A DNA stretch of 64,000 nucleotides from Bdellovibrionales bacterium (lineage in GTDB: Bacteria; Bdellovibrionota; Bdellovibrionia; Bdellovibrionales; UBA1609), in NCBI GenBank assembly GCA_965205945.1, contig CBDBIB010000001.1:384525-448524 (forward strand), written 5' to 3'. Shown in pieces: positions 8,379-17,271 of the stretch; position 1 is the stretch's first letter; each line of letters opens with the position of its first letter. The notes under the pieces are model-generated. The model did not search any database. It worked only from the letters and a program-made list of their open reading frames with translations, and was not told the origin of the DNA. The position numbers were made by a program, and so were the translations under genes.

Positions 8379-9488
8379 ATGATTAAAACAAAGATTCTTT
8401 ATATCCTGCCTATTTTAGCATTAAGTTTTTTTGTGTTTGTGAACTCAAATTTTAACCCTAGTACAAATAAAGCTCAAAACTCTACTAACACTCAAATTTT
8501 CAACCTTCACAATACAAATATAAATCAAAACACTAAATCGATTAAAAACAAGAAGCACTCTCTTGCTTTAATCAATACTTATAAACACCGTTTAGCTAAA
8601 AGTAATTTAGCTAAAAGGCGCTCTAATGCAAGCCAAAACACTCAAGTAAAGCAAGATTTTCTTAAAAAAAATCCTAAATCTTTAAATAATAAAGTTAAAG
8701 CCCAAGCCTCTTATAAAAATTCAAAAGAAGAAAAAGAGAAAAAAGAAAAAAAAGATGCTAAGCAAATAGCAGAAAAAACTAAAGGCAGTAAGGGAGAAAA
8801 AAAACCTGTTTCAAACAAAATTCTCTTTGAAAAAACAAATAGCTCATCTACATTTTCTAACAATAACTCTTCTATATTTTTTAATTCCATTAATTTAAAG
8901 AAAAAAAATAGCTCTAAAAATGAAGTTAAAGACCCTTTTAAAAAGAAAAACGACTTCATTATAACGTTTAACCAAAATCCTTTAACTTTAGAGGCTGAAT
9001 ATTTTAAAGCTTTTTCTATATCTTATTTTAATAATCTTTTAATAAACGAGCAACTTCAAGAGTTTAGTCAAGATTTAAAATTAATTTTAAAAACAAAGAA
9101 CAACTCCACTAAATTAAGCCATGCTTATACAGCAGCTCTAAATTTTTTATTTACCAAAGAAAATGAAGATTTTATTTTATATGATAATTTTTTGCGCACA
9201 CAGTTTTTAAAACATTCTTTAGCTGTTAGCATCTCAAAAACTTTTTCTGACAAAACTCTATCCTTAGAGCAAATTGAATACTCTGCAGAATTATTAAACG
9301 ATTTAGTTTTATCTTGGGATTCTAGTAAGGATGAGAATAATCAGTTTATCCAAATATATGAACTTTCTGTTTTAAACGCCATTAACCCAGATATAGCCAA
9401 CAATGAAGCCTTATTAACTTTACAAAGTTCTATCACTACAACTTTATTTAATATTTCTAATAGCAGTGTTGAAATTTCTGCAAATTAA
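8379..9488 (+). CDS. secreted Lys/Asn/Ser-rich low-complexity protein (start probably ATG 8379, not TTG 8238)
   Basis: From 8379 the product starts 'MIKTKILYILPILALSFFVFVNS' (signal-peptide-like), followed by a K/E/N-rich region. The G-rich stretch can act as the ribosome-binding site. Confidence 0.6.
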   Translation: MIKTKILYILPILALSFFVFVNSNFNPSTNKAQNSTNTQIFNLHNTNINQNTKSIKNKKHSLALINTYKHRLAKSNLAKRRSNASQNTQVKQDFLKKNPKSLNNKVKAQASYKNSKEEKEKKEKKDAKQIAEKTKGSKGEKKPVSNKILFEKTNSSSTFSNNNSSIFFNSINLKKKNSSKNEVKDPFKKKNDFIITFNQNPLTLEAEYFKAFSISYFNNLLINEQLQEFSQDLKLILKTKNNSTKLSHAYTAALNFLFTKENEDFILYDNFLRTQFLKHSLAVSISKTFSDKTLSLEQIEYSAELLNDLVLSWDSSKDENNQFIQIYELSVLNAINPDIANNEALLTLQSSITTTLFNISNSSVEISAN

Positions 9489-9504
9489 AGCTAATTTAAT
9501 GTAA

Positions 9505-10203
9505 ATGAAAATACTATTTCTTGTATTTCTTATGGCCCCTTACTTAAGCTTTGCTGGCGTAATTCCTACCGGTATTTCTACAGATCAAATTAAGCATGTT
9601 AGTGAAAAATTTGCAGGACTTTTTTCTTTAAACACCTCAAATTCACCTTTTGCTCTTGGAGAAGATCTTGAAGTCGAATTAACCGTAATTTATCAAAATC
9701 TTAAACTAAACAATATTAACAATATCGCCGCTATATCAAGCAAAAGTATTATTGAACCTATGGCTTCAATAAGAAAAGGACTTTATTGGAATTTTGATGT
9801 AAGTTTTACTTTTATCCTCCCCGTTAAAAGTCAGTTCTCGTCTGGATACGCTTTTAATCTAAATCATTCAAGTAAGCTTGGTTTATTTTATATTAAACCT
9901 GAACTTTTCATATCAAATTATAATTTAAATGATATATTAAACCTAAACTCATCAGGATTAAGTATTGTTACTTTTAAAAAAATTAATTTTTTCTATTTAG
10001 GGCTTGGGCTACGAAGCGAGTTTATTAAAGGAACCTATGAAAAAAAAATCCTTAACAGCAAAACTAATAAAACTAATTTCATATCAACTTCTGTTGTTAC
10101 AAAACTTTTTTTTAAATCTACTAACCTGCGCCTAACCCTAACTTATAGCTTTTTAAATACTTATAAATCTGAATCTGGACTATCTTTAAGCTTTAGGCTT
10201 TAA
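9505..10203 (+). CDS. putative outer-membrane beta-barrel protein
   Basis: Signal peptide '[17 protein letters not shown]'; alternating hydrophobic strands to the C-terminus ('LTLTYSF...GLSLSFRL'). Confidence 0.5.
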   Translation: MKILFLVFLMAPYLSFAGVIPTGISTDQIKHVSEKFAGLFSLNTSNSPFALGEDLEVELTVIYQNLKLNNINNIAAISSKSIIEPMASIRKGLYWNFDVSFTFILPVKSQFSSGYAFNLNHSSKLGLFYIKPELFISNYNLNDILNLNSSGLSIVTFKKINFFYLGLGLRSEFIKGTYEKKILNSKTNKTNFISTSVVTKLFFKSTNLRLTLTYSFLNTYKSESGLSLSFRL

Positions 10204-10610
10204 ATTCTTTTTATTAAATCTGTTGAAGAAAATCCCTCATAAAACTTTAAAGACTTCACCTCCCCACCCCAGGATAAAACTTGCTTTGCCCCAACAATAT
10301 TAGAAATTTTATAATCTCCACCTTTTACCAAAATATCTGGATGAACTTTCAGTATTAAATTTAAAGGCGTGTCTTCTTTAAAAAGATAAACTTCATCAAC
10401 GCATGAAAGGGCTAAAAGAACCTCTAGCCTATTATTTTCAGAAACAACAGGTCTTCTCTCACCTTTTAATCTTTTAACACTTTCATCTGAGTTTAGGCCA
10501 ATAACTAATTTTGATCCAAGATTTCTTGCTTGTTGCAAATGTCTAATATGACCAACGTGAAGAAGGTCAAAACAACCATTTGTAAATACTACCTTCTCTT
10601 TTTTTTTCAT
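10200..10610 (-). CDS. hldC: D-glycero-beta-D-manno-heptose 1-phosphate adenylyltransferase (RfaE domain II type)
   Basis: '[48 protein letters not shown]...DILVKGGDY' closely follows the HldE C-terminal domain. Confidence 0.82.
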   Translation of the reverse strand: MKKKEKVVFTNGCFDLLHVGHIRHLQQARNLGSKLVIGLNSDESVKRLKGERRPVVSENNRLEVLLALSCVDEVYLFKEDTPLNLILKVHPDILVKGGDYKISNIVGAKQVLSWGGEVKSLKFYEGFSSTDLIKRI

Positions 10611-10617
10611 ACTAGAA

Positions 10618-11361
10618 TTATTTCTTATGCTCTACATATGTTTGTAATCCTGAAAAATAATAACCCACATCTTTTTTAAGTATTGAAGATAAAAACGGGA
10701 GCAAAAACACTCCCGTACTTAAACAGGCTACTTCACGAGCCAGTACTTGCACGGGATAAACTATTTTAAAGCGCTGAACAAATAAACCTAGCTGGTGTCT
10801 ACTTGACCACTCACCTAAAGTCTTTCCAAAAAACACTCTTGTAAAGAGTTTATATGATAAAAAATACGCTGCAAAAACCACAAAAACTTTTCCAAATTGA
10901 AAAAAATTTAAACTTAATTTTTTTTCAAAATCAAAAAAATATTTCCTAAACTCCACTAAAATTGCCACTGTTAAAATTGTTGCAGCTAAGATTAAAAGAG
11001 TATCAATAAACGCTCCTAATAAAGATTCACTTGATTTTTTAGCAGTTTTTTTAATTAAACCATCATGGCCTGAGTGAAATAAAATTGGCTGTATAGCTTT
11101 AGAAGTTTGAAGCCTTAATTCACCATCACTTTCCACATCTAAGACTCCATCATCAAAATCCTCATGTCCGATATCCAGTGTCCCACCATCTGAATAAACC
11201 GTATCTGTATGATTCACCTCAACGGTATAATTCCCCTTAGAAACTCTATCCTTAAAACCTAAACCTTTAGTTAATGGTTTGGTTTCTAAAAGATTCTCAT
11301 CAATATCATCAAATATATTCCCTATTTTATCTTCACCATTAAAACCGCTATTCTTATCCAT
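10618..11361 (-). CDS. RDD-family-like membrane protein with acidic N-terminal region
   Basis: Three predicted TM segments; '[14 protein letters not shown]' and '[13 protein letters not shown]' resemble RDD-domain motifs. Confidence 0.45.
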   Translation of the reverse strand: MDKNSGFNGEDKIGNIFDDIDENLLETKPLTKGLGFKDRVSKGNYTVEVNHTDTVYSDGGTLDIGHEDFDDGVLDVESDGELRLQTSKAIQPILFHSGHDGLIKKTAKKSSESLLGAFIDTLLILAATILTVAILVEFRKYFFDFEKKLSLNFFQFGKVFVVFAAYFLSYKLFTRVFFGKTLGEWSSRHQLGLFVQRFKIVYPVQVLAREVACLSTGVFLLPFLSSILKKDVGYYFSGLQTYVEHKK

Positions 11362-11389
11362 AATATTTTTTCCTTAACTACCTTGTATA

Positions 11390-12139
11390 TCACCAGATTT
11401 TAAATTTAGATTTTAAAATGGATATGCCAGCTACGCAAGCAGTTTCAACCTTTAGAATTTGCTTGCCCAACAAAAGGGCCTGAAAACCTACTAAGGTTGC
11501 ACTAAAAACTTCTTTTTCTAAAAAACCACCCTCACCACCAATAAGAATAAAAATATTTTCACATTTTTCACATAGATCTTCAGAATGAAACTCTAGTGGT
11601 TTAGCATCTAATGCTTCATAAAATATAAAGCCTTTAGCTTGGCCATCATCAAAAAAACGCTTAAATTCTTTTAAAAAAGATTCTAAATCAAATGCCTTAT
11701 GCACTTTTAAATCTTCACACCGCCCTGTCTGCTGCATGGCCTGTGTAATTATTTTTTGAATTCTATTATCTTTTAACTTTAATTTTTCAATGTTTTTAAA
11801 AAATGATTTTTTAGTAGTTATAGGATACACACTTTTAACTCCAAGTTCTACGGCTTTTTCAATTACATTTTCAAAAACAGCAGGACGTGGATTAGCAAGC
11901 ACTAAATGAATATATGGTTTTTTTATTTTAATAACCTTTCTTCTTGATTTAATAAAAACCTTTGCACAGTTTTTATCAATAAGCTTAACTTGAACTAAAT
12001 AAGCAAAACCTTTAGATAAAAGCTCAAAGCCATCTCCCTCACTTCTTCTACAAACCTTAAAGATATGTTTGAATAGATCTTGTTTAATAGTGACTATATC
12101 ACCAACTGATATTTTTTGATTTAAAGTGTATCTACGCAT
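11390..12139 (-). CDS. rsmE: 16S rRNA (uracil1498-N3)-methyltransferase RsmE family
   Basis: 249 aa; PUA-like N-terminus and 'LIGGEGGF...E' SPOUT C-terminal motif; overlaps prmA by 8 nt (conserved prmA-rsmE pair). Confidence 0.8.
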   Translation of the reverse strand: MRRYTLNQKISVGDIVTIKQDLFKHIFKVCRRSEGDGFELLSKGFAYLVQVKLIDKNCAKVFIKSRRKVIKIKKPYIHLVLANPRPAVFENVIEKAVELGVKSVYPITTKKSFFKNIEKLKLKDNRIQKIITQAMQQTGRCEDLKVHKAFDLESFLKEFKRFFDDGQAKGFIFYEALDAKPLEFHSEDLCEKCENIFILIGGEGGFLEKEVFSATLVGFQALLLGKQILKVETACVAGISILKSKFKIW

Positions 12140-13019
12140 TTTTAATAAACTCTAAGCAGGCCCATTCATCTTTTACAGTTCTTTTAAAAAGTTTAAGTCC
12201 TTCTTGTAAAAATTCATTTCGTATGTTTTCTTCATTTTCTAATAAAATACCTGAAAGGATAAGTTTTTTCTTTGTTCTAGACACCAAGTCCTTTTTAATT
12301 CGTAAAAGAACGCCATCAATAATATTAGCAACAACTAAATCATACACCTGTGTACCTAAAAGGTCTGGGGCTACTACTAAAACTTTAGAACAATTATTGA
12401 GCTTAAGATTTTGTCTACACTTACTTCTTGCCATTTTATCTATTTCACAAGCTGTAACTTTTAAAACACCTTGTTTAAACATAAGGCAAGACAATATTCC
12501 CGTTCCAGATCCCATATCTAAGGCGCTGTTATAGCCATGATTTTTTAAATTAAGACTATTTGATAACGCTATTAAACACAGTTTTGTTGTAGGATGTGTT
12601 CCCGTACCAAATGCTAAACCTGGATCAACTAAAATCACTTCTTGATTATTTTTAATATTTTCTTTTTCCCATGAAGGATAAACCCATAAATTTTTAATAA
12701 CACAAAAAGGTTTATAATGTTTTTTCCATTCCACTAGCCAATCTTTATCAGGCTCTAAAAAAAAGGTTGCTCCTAATTGTTTATACTTTTTAAGTTTAAC
12801 AAGAGATTCAATCTTTTCTTTATCTTTTAATAAAAAAAAAGCCTTAAGCACTGTGTATTCACGTGGGATAATTTCAGGTTCATATTTTTTATTTGTTTGA
12901 ATAAAATCTAGTTCTTCTAACACCCCTAGTGCACCAAGTTTAAATAAGTTATAACAAATCTCTTCACTATTTTTTTGAAAAACTTTATTTAAATTAAGCT
13001 TAACATAAGAAGAACTCAT
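12132..13019 (-). CDS. prmA: ribosomal protein L11 methyltransferase
   Basis: 'DPGLAFGTGTHPTTKLCL' and 'LDMGSGTGILS' are PrmA signatures. Confidence 0.9.
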   Translation of the reverse strand: MSSSYVKLNLNKVFQKNSEEICYNLFKLGALGVLEELDFIQTNKKYEPEIIPREYTVLKAFFLLKDKEKIESLVKLKKYKQLGATFFLEPDKDWLVEWKKHYKPFCVIKNLWVYPSWEKENIKNNQEVILVDPGLAFGTGTHPTTKLCLIALSNSLNLKNHGYNSALDMGSGTGILSCLMFKQGVLKVTACEIDKMARSKCRQNLKLNNCSKVLVVAPDLLGTQVYDLVVANIIDGVLLRIKKDLVSRTKKKLILSGILLENEENIRNEFLQEGLKLFKRTVKDEWACLEFIKNA

Positions 13020-13023
13020 AAAT

Positions 13024-13236
13024 TCATAAGAGGTCGGCTGTTACTTGAATTTTTGATTCACTAGATGACGCTAGAATTTCACCATTTTTTTTACTCAACT
13101 CTTCTCTTTGAACACGTTTTTCTTTTGGAGCTTCAATCCCAATTCTAACTTGTTTACCTTTAACTTGAATAACTCGAATAAGGATATCCTCATCAATTTT
13201 TATACCTTCCCCAACCTTCCTAGTAAGGACTAACAT
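13024..13236 (-). CDS. csrA: carbon storage regulator CsrA; start revised to ATG 13236
   Basis: '[47 protein letters not shown]' is canonical CsrA. GGAGGAGG precedes the ATG at 13236; the listed Met (13263) adds 9 non-homologous residues. Confidence 0.92.
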   Translation of the reverse strand: MLVLTRKVGEGIKIDEDILIRVIQVKGKQVRIGIEAPKEKRVQREELSKKNGEILASSSESKIQVTADLL

Positions 13237-13362
13237 ATTCCTCCTCCACAAAACTTTAAACACTTTTATGAGAAAGTCATATTTATGTCAAAAAATTTGA
13301 AAATAAAGGTTCCATATTATATAGATACTTCCAAAGGATTGTATTAATTATAGTGTTTAGGG

Positions 13363-13584
13363 CTATTTTCTAGAGTTTTTCTCCCTTTCTACCTCCAGTT
13401 TAGTTATAAGGGCTTCTGCAATATCTTTAGAATCAGGGTTGTAAAGACCTTGCTCAAACAAAGCTTTTAGCCTTAAAAGCTTTTCTTCTTTAGATTCTGG
13501 ACAAGGAGTATTTATAGCCTTCTCTTTTTTCTTAGCTTTTTTATACCTAAGTCCTTGTAAAGGCGTTACTTCTTTTGAGTTCAT
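13363..13584 (-). CDS. FlgM-like (anti-sigma-28 family) small protein
   Basis: The C-terminal 'LLRLKALFEQGLYNPDSKDIAEALITKL' matches the FlgM pattern (Salmonella '[25 protein letters not shown]'). ATGA overlap with the upstream SPFH gene. Confidence 0.5.
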   Translation of the reverse strand: MNSKEVTPLQGLRYKKAKKKEKAINTPCPESKEEKLLRLKALFEQGLYNPDSKDIAEALITKLEVEREKNSRK

Positions 13585-14528
13585 TTACTTAAAAGTTCTT
13601 TAATAGACCCTAGAGCTCCAAGTGATGTTGAGGCCTCATAAGGAATAAAAACTTTATCACCTTCTTTTTGAGTGAATTTACCAAATTCCTCCAGATAATT
13701 AGTAGCTATTAGAAATTGAGTCGCAAGTTCAGGGTTTCCTATTGCTGATTTAATTTCTTCTATAGCCGTTCTTTTAGCCCCAGCAACACTTTTAATCGCT
13801 TCAGCTTCACCTTCAGCTCTACGAACTCTAGCCTCTTTATCACCTTCAGAAATATTTATTTGCTCCTGACGAATACCTTCAGATCTTTGAATTCTAGATT
13901 GCTTATCGCCTTCAGCTTCAAGTACTTTAGCTCTTCTTTCACGTTCTGCCTGCATCTGTTTTTCCATAGCATTTTGAATATCTCTTGGAGGATTGATGTT
14001 TTTAAGCTCAACTCTATTAACCTTTGTGCCCCATTTATCTGTAGCTTCATCTAAAATTTCTTTTAATTTTGTATTGATTATATCTCTTGATGCTAAAGTT
14101 TCATCTAAATCCATTTCACCAATAACATTTCTTAAAGATGTCTGAGCAAGCTGGCTAACTGCAATTGGTAGGTTTGCAATTTCATATGTTGCCTTTAAAG
14201 GATCCATAACTTGAATATATAAAAGAGCATCAATATCAATAGTTACATTGTCTTTTGTAATGACTGCTTGTTGTGGCACATCTAAAACAGTTTCCCGAAG
14301 ATCAATCCTTATTGTTGAAAATATACCGGCCTGATCAATCCAATACATATCTCTTGGCTTTTCAACAAATGGAATTAAAAAATTTAAACCGCTCTTTAAG
14401 GTTCTATTATAACTCCCCAAACTTTCAATAATCATACATTCACTTTGACGAATGACCTTAACCCCTGCAGAAATTGTAAATAACGCAAGCACAATTACTG
14501 CAACTGTTAATAAAACCCCTATACTCAT
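13581..14528 (-). CDS. SPFH/band-7 (stomatin/QmcA-like) membrane protein
   Basis: N-terminal TM, 'VKVIRQSE..IIESLGSY', 'TKDNVTIDIDALLYIQV' and a coiled-coil 'ERERRAKVLEAEG...' tail; paired with NfeD. Confidence 0.88.
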   Translation of the reverse strand: MSIGVLLTVAVIVLALFTISAGVKVIRQSECMIIESLGSYNRTLKSGLNFLIPFVEKPRDMYWIDQAGIFSTIRIDLRETVLDVPQQAVITKDNVTIDIDALLYIQVMDPLKATYEIANLPIAVSQLAQTSLRNVIGEMDLDETLASRDIINTKLKEILDEATDKWGTKVNRVELKNINPPRDIQNAMEKQMQAERERRAKVLEAEGDKQSRIQRSEGIRQEQINISEGDKEARVRRAEGEAEAIKSVAGAKRTAIEEIKSAIGNPELATQFLIATNYLEEFGKFTQKEGDKVFIPYEASTSLGALGSIKELLSK

Positions 14529-14554
14529 AAAATATCTCCTTTATGTTTAAACTT

Positions 14555-15007
14555 TTATTCTAATACTAATTTGTTTCCATCTACCTTTATAACCAAAGCA
14601 TATTCCCCAACGTCATAAGTTCTTTTAGACATTGAATACACTCTCCATCTATCTCCATAAAGTTTGGCCTCTCCAAACTTTGAGCCTTTGATTTTTTGAG
14701 TAATAAAAACTTTCTGACCCTTTATTCCCTCTACATTTGTATCAATAGCAAAGCGGCTCTTACTAGTAAATTTTAATTGAAATTGAAAAAGCCAAATTAA
14801 AAAAGCCAAACTTATTGCAAGGGCAATTAAAATAGCTAAAGAAGTCGTAAGAAAGATCGCTGCCATAGAGGCCCCTATAAACGCTAAACCAATAGGTAGT
14901 AAAATAAACCCCGGAGCAAAAATCTCTAGTGCAGAAAGAAGTACACCTAAAACAGCCAGAGCTTCCCAGACTTTAATCGAGTAATTAAATATAAAAAACT
15001 CTACCAA
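14555..15007 (-). CDS. NfeD-family membrane protein
   Basis: Multi-TM N-terminus plus C-terminal OB-like 'G.AKLYGDRWRV...G..V.V..VDGN.L.L'; canonical NfeD-SPFH operon. Confidence 0.8.
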   Translation of the reverse strand: MVEFFIFNYSIKVWEALAVLGVLLSALEIFAPGFILLPIGLAFIGASMAAIFLTTSLAILIALAISLAFLIWLFQFQLKFTSKSRFAIDTNVEGIKGQKVFITQKIKGSKFGEAKLYGDRWRVYSMSKRTYDVGEYALVIKVDGNKLVLE

Positions 15008-15116
15008 AACACCTCCCCCTCTTTTAAATAAAATACCATCATACTAAAGGATTGTGTTTAGGTGGAGTTTTAAAAAAAAATAGACCCATTCCTACAAATA
15101 AGGATAGACTTAAACA

Positions 15117-15952
15117 ATGAAAAAATATTTAGCTACATTCTTTTTTATAACATGCTGCGCAGCTCCATCATATGGGACCCTAAAACCTTCTCAAAACCCA
15201 AAAGTTTTAAAATGGATTAAAATATTTCAAAAAACAGTGATACCTATTTTAACAATTGGCTAGTAAAGTCAAAAAAAAAACTTCCAAAAATAAAATCCCT
15301 TTTAAAAAAACAAGGGTTACCTACTGACCTAGCATACCTTCCTCTAATTGAAAGCGGATTAAACCCAAAAGCTGTAAGTTCAGCAAGCGCTACAGGGTAC
15401 TGGCAATTTATGAAACCCACAGCACTGCAATACGGACTTCATATAAGCTGGTGGCTTGACGAACGCAGAGATCTTATTAAAAGCACTTGGGCTGCAGGAC
15501 GCTACCTTAGCGTTCTTTATCGTATATTTAATGATTGGCATTTAGCTCTTTCAGCATATAACATGGGAGAAAATAGGCTTAAAAAACTTATACAACAACA
15601 CAGAACTCGTGATTTTTGGACCTTATCTGAAAAAAAAAACTTTCCTAAAGAAACTAAGGAATATATTCCAAAGTTCTTAGCCGCAGCACTTATTGCCAAA
15701 AACCCTAAATACTACGGCTTTAATATAACCTACTCTTTAAAACCCTATTCCTACACTTACCAATTCGTTCCAGGTGGTACCGACCTTATACGAATTGCAC
15801 AACAACTAGATATCTCACCACTAGAAATAAAAGAACTCAACCCTGAGTTAAAAAGATCTTTTGTTCCTAAAGAAGTCTCTTCCCATCGAATTCGAGTTCC
15901 TAATGATTTTAGAAAAAAAGTTGCGCTTTATTTTACAGAAAATATCCGCTAG
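15117..15952 (+). pseudogene. mltD: MltD-like lytic murein transglycosylase lipoprotein, split by a frameshift in an A6 run (15229-15234)
   Basis: ATG 15117 gives 'MKKYLATFFFITCCAAP...NPKVLKWIKIFQK', then a stop at 15261. The next frame, open from 15221, continues 'NSDTYFNNWLVKS...LPTDLAYLPLIESGLNPKAVSSASATGYWQFM...AYNMGENR' (SLT catalytic motifs) plus a LysM-like C-terminus. One extra A would restore a single ORF. Confidence 0.75.
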
Positions 15953-15962
15953 AAACAATAAA

Positions 15963-17138
15963 ATGAGGGTTTTAAAATTTGGCGGAAAAAGCTTAAGTTC
16001 CATAGAGAAAATAAACTTAATAGCCTTAAAGATATCAAAACAAATTAAAACTAACCAAGATGAGCAACTCATTATTGTTGTTAGCGCTATGGGAGACACC
16101 ACTTGCCAACTTCTTAAGCTGGCCTTAAAAGTAAAACCTTTTTCTTCAAATACAAATTCTAATAGAGAGCTTGATATGCTTCTAGCCTCAGGTGAACGAG
16201 TAAGTGCAGCCCTTCTTTCACTAGCACTTCAAAAGCACAATATCCCATCAATAAGCTTTACTGGAAGCCAAGCCGGAATACTCACCCAAGGAAAACACAG
16301 CAATTCCTCCATTAAGGAGATTAAACCTTATCGTATAAATGAGACCTTACAAAAAGGTGTTATACCCATTATCGCAGGTTTTCAGGGAGTCAATCCCATT
16401 ACAAAAGATGTTACAACACTTGGTCGTGGAGGGTCTGACCTTACAGCCTGTGCATTAGCACACCATTATAAATGCACTGCAGAGCTTTATAAAGCTGTTG
16501 ATGGAATACATACATGTGACCCTAATATTGTAAATGATACTAAACTTATAGTAGAGCTTGATTACAATTTTTTACAATCTTTAAGCTCTTTAGGTAGTCA
16601 AATTTTACATGATAAAGCCGCTGATTTTATAAAAAAAAATCAAACTCTCCTATGCTTTTTATCTGATCAAACGTTTAAACCTCTAACTTACGTTAAAACC
16701 CATACTAATATAGACAGTTTTTCAGTAACCTGCTTAGACTATATCTTAGCTCTTAAAATTAATAACTTACAAATACCTAAAGCTTTTTTATTTCTTAAAA
16801 ATGAATTTTCCGACTTAAATTTTAAAATCTTAGCATCAGTTTACGATGACAATGATTCAAGATTTTTAATCAGTACAAACTCAACACATAAAGGTATTTT
16901 TTTAAAAAATAAGAATATAAAAATACTAGACGATTCATTAGTTGCCGTGAGTGCAGTTTTTAGTTCATCAAAAGACAATCATTTCTTGTCTGAAATAACT
17001 TTAAAACTAAATGATTTTAAAATTAAACGTTTTTTAGAAACTTCTAAAAGACTTACTTTTTTTATAGATCAGACAAAAAAAAAGGAGTTTATATTAAAAC
17101 TCCACTCCATTTTATCTTCTTCCCCATCAATTCACTAG
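15963..17138 (+). CDS. lysC: aspartate kinase; start revised to ATG 15963
   Basis: 'MRVLKFGGKSLSS...IIVVSAMGDTT' and 'GRGGSDLTA' aspartokinase motifs. The listed start (15861) lies inside the mltD-like gene. Confidence 0.85.
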   Translation: MRVLKFGGKSLSSIEKINLIALKISKQIKTNQDEQLIIVVSAMGDTTCQLLKLALKVKPFSSNTNSNRELDMLLASGERVSAALLSLALQKHNIPSISFTGSQAGILTQGKHSNSSIKEIKPYRINETLQKGVIPIIAGFQGVNPITKDVTTLGRGGSDLTACALAHHYKCTAELYKAVDGIHTCDPNIVNDTKLIVELDYNFLQSLSSLGSQILHDKAADFIKKNQTLLCFLSDQTFKPLTYVKTHTNIDSFSVTCLDYILALKINNLQIPKAFLFLKNEFSDLNFKILASVYDDNDSRFLISTNSTHKGIFLKNKNIKILDDSLVAVSAVFSSSKDNHFLSEITLKLNDFKIKRFLETSKRLTFFIDQTKKKEFILKLHSILSSSPSIH

Positions 17139-17271
17139 CATGATAAATTTGTGTATGGCATAAGAAAATTTTTTAAAATAGGTACGAGCCATAGCTCTTT
17201 AAATTAATTAAAGCTGGAGCTGATAAATAAAAATCCCCTAATTTAAGAGCTTTTACATGGACTTTATTCGA

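Noticed and set aside
8711-8959. 82-aa minus-strand ORF
   Set aside because: It is antisense to the Lys-rich low-complexity region of the 8379-9488 gene. The poly-A/T codon mirror gives an F/L-rich artefact.
12223-12534. 103-aa plus-strand ORF
   Set aside because: It is antisense to prmA, which has clear motifs.
13856-14054. Two 64-aa ORFs (13856-14050 minus strand, alternative frame; 13860-14054 plus strand)
   Set aside because: Both lie inside the SPFH gene, one in an alternative frame and one antisense. The SPFH frame carries the family motifs.
15228-15236. Programmed -1 ribosomal frameshift in the mltD-like gene
   Set aside because: In the zero frame the site reads caa-aaa-aca. The A-site codon ACA would have to re-pair on AAC, so this is not an X-XXY-YYZ heptamer. 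I saw no downstream stem-loop or pseudoknot. A 1-nt homopolymer indel explains it more simply.
15517-16102. Minus-strand ORFs 15517-15699 and 15848-16102
   Set aside because: They are antisense to the mltD-like and aspartate kinase genes.
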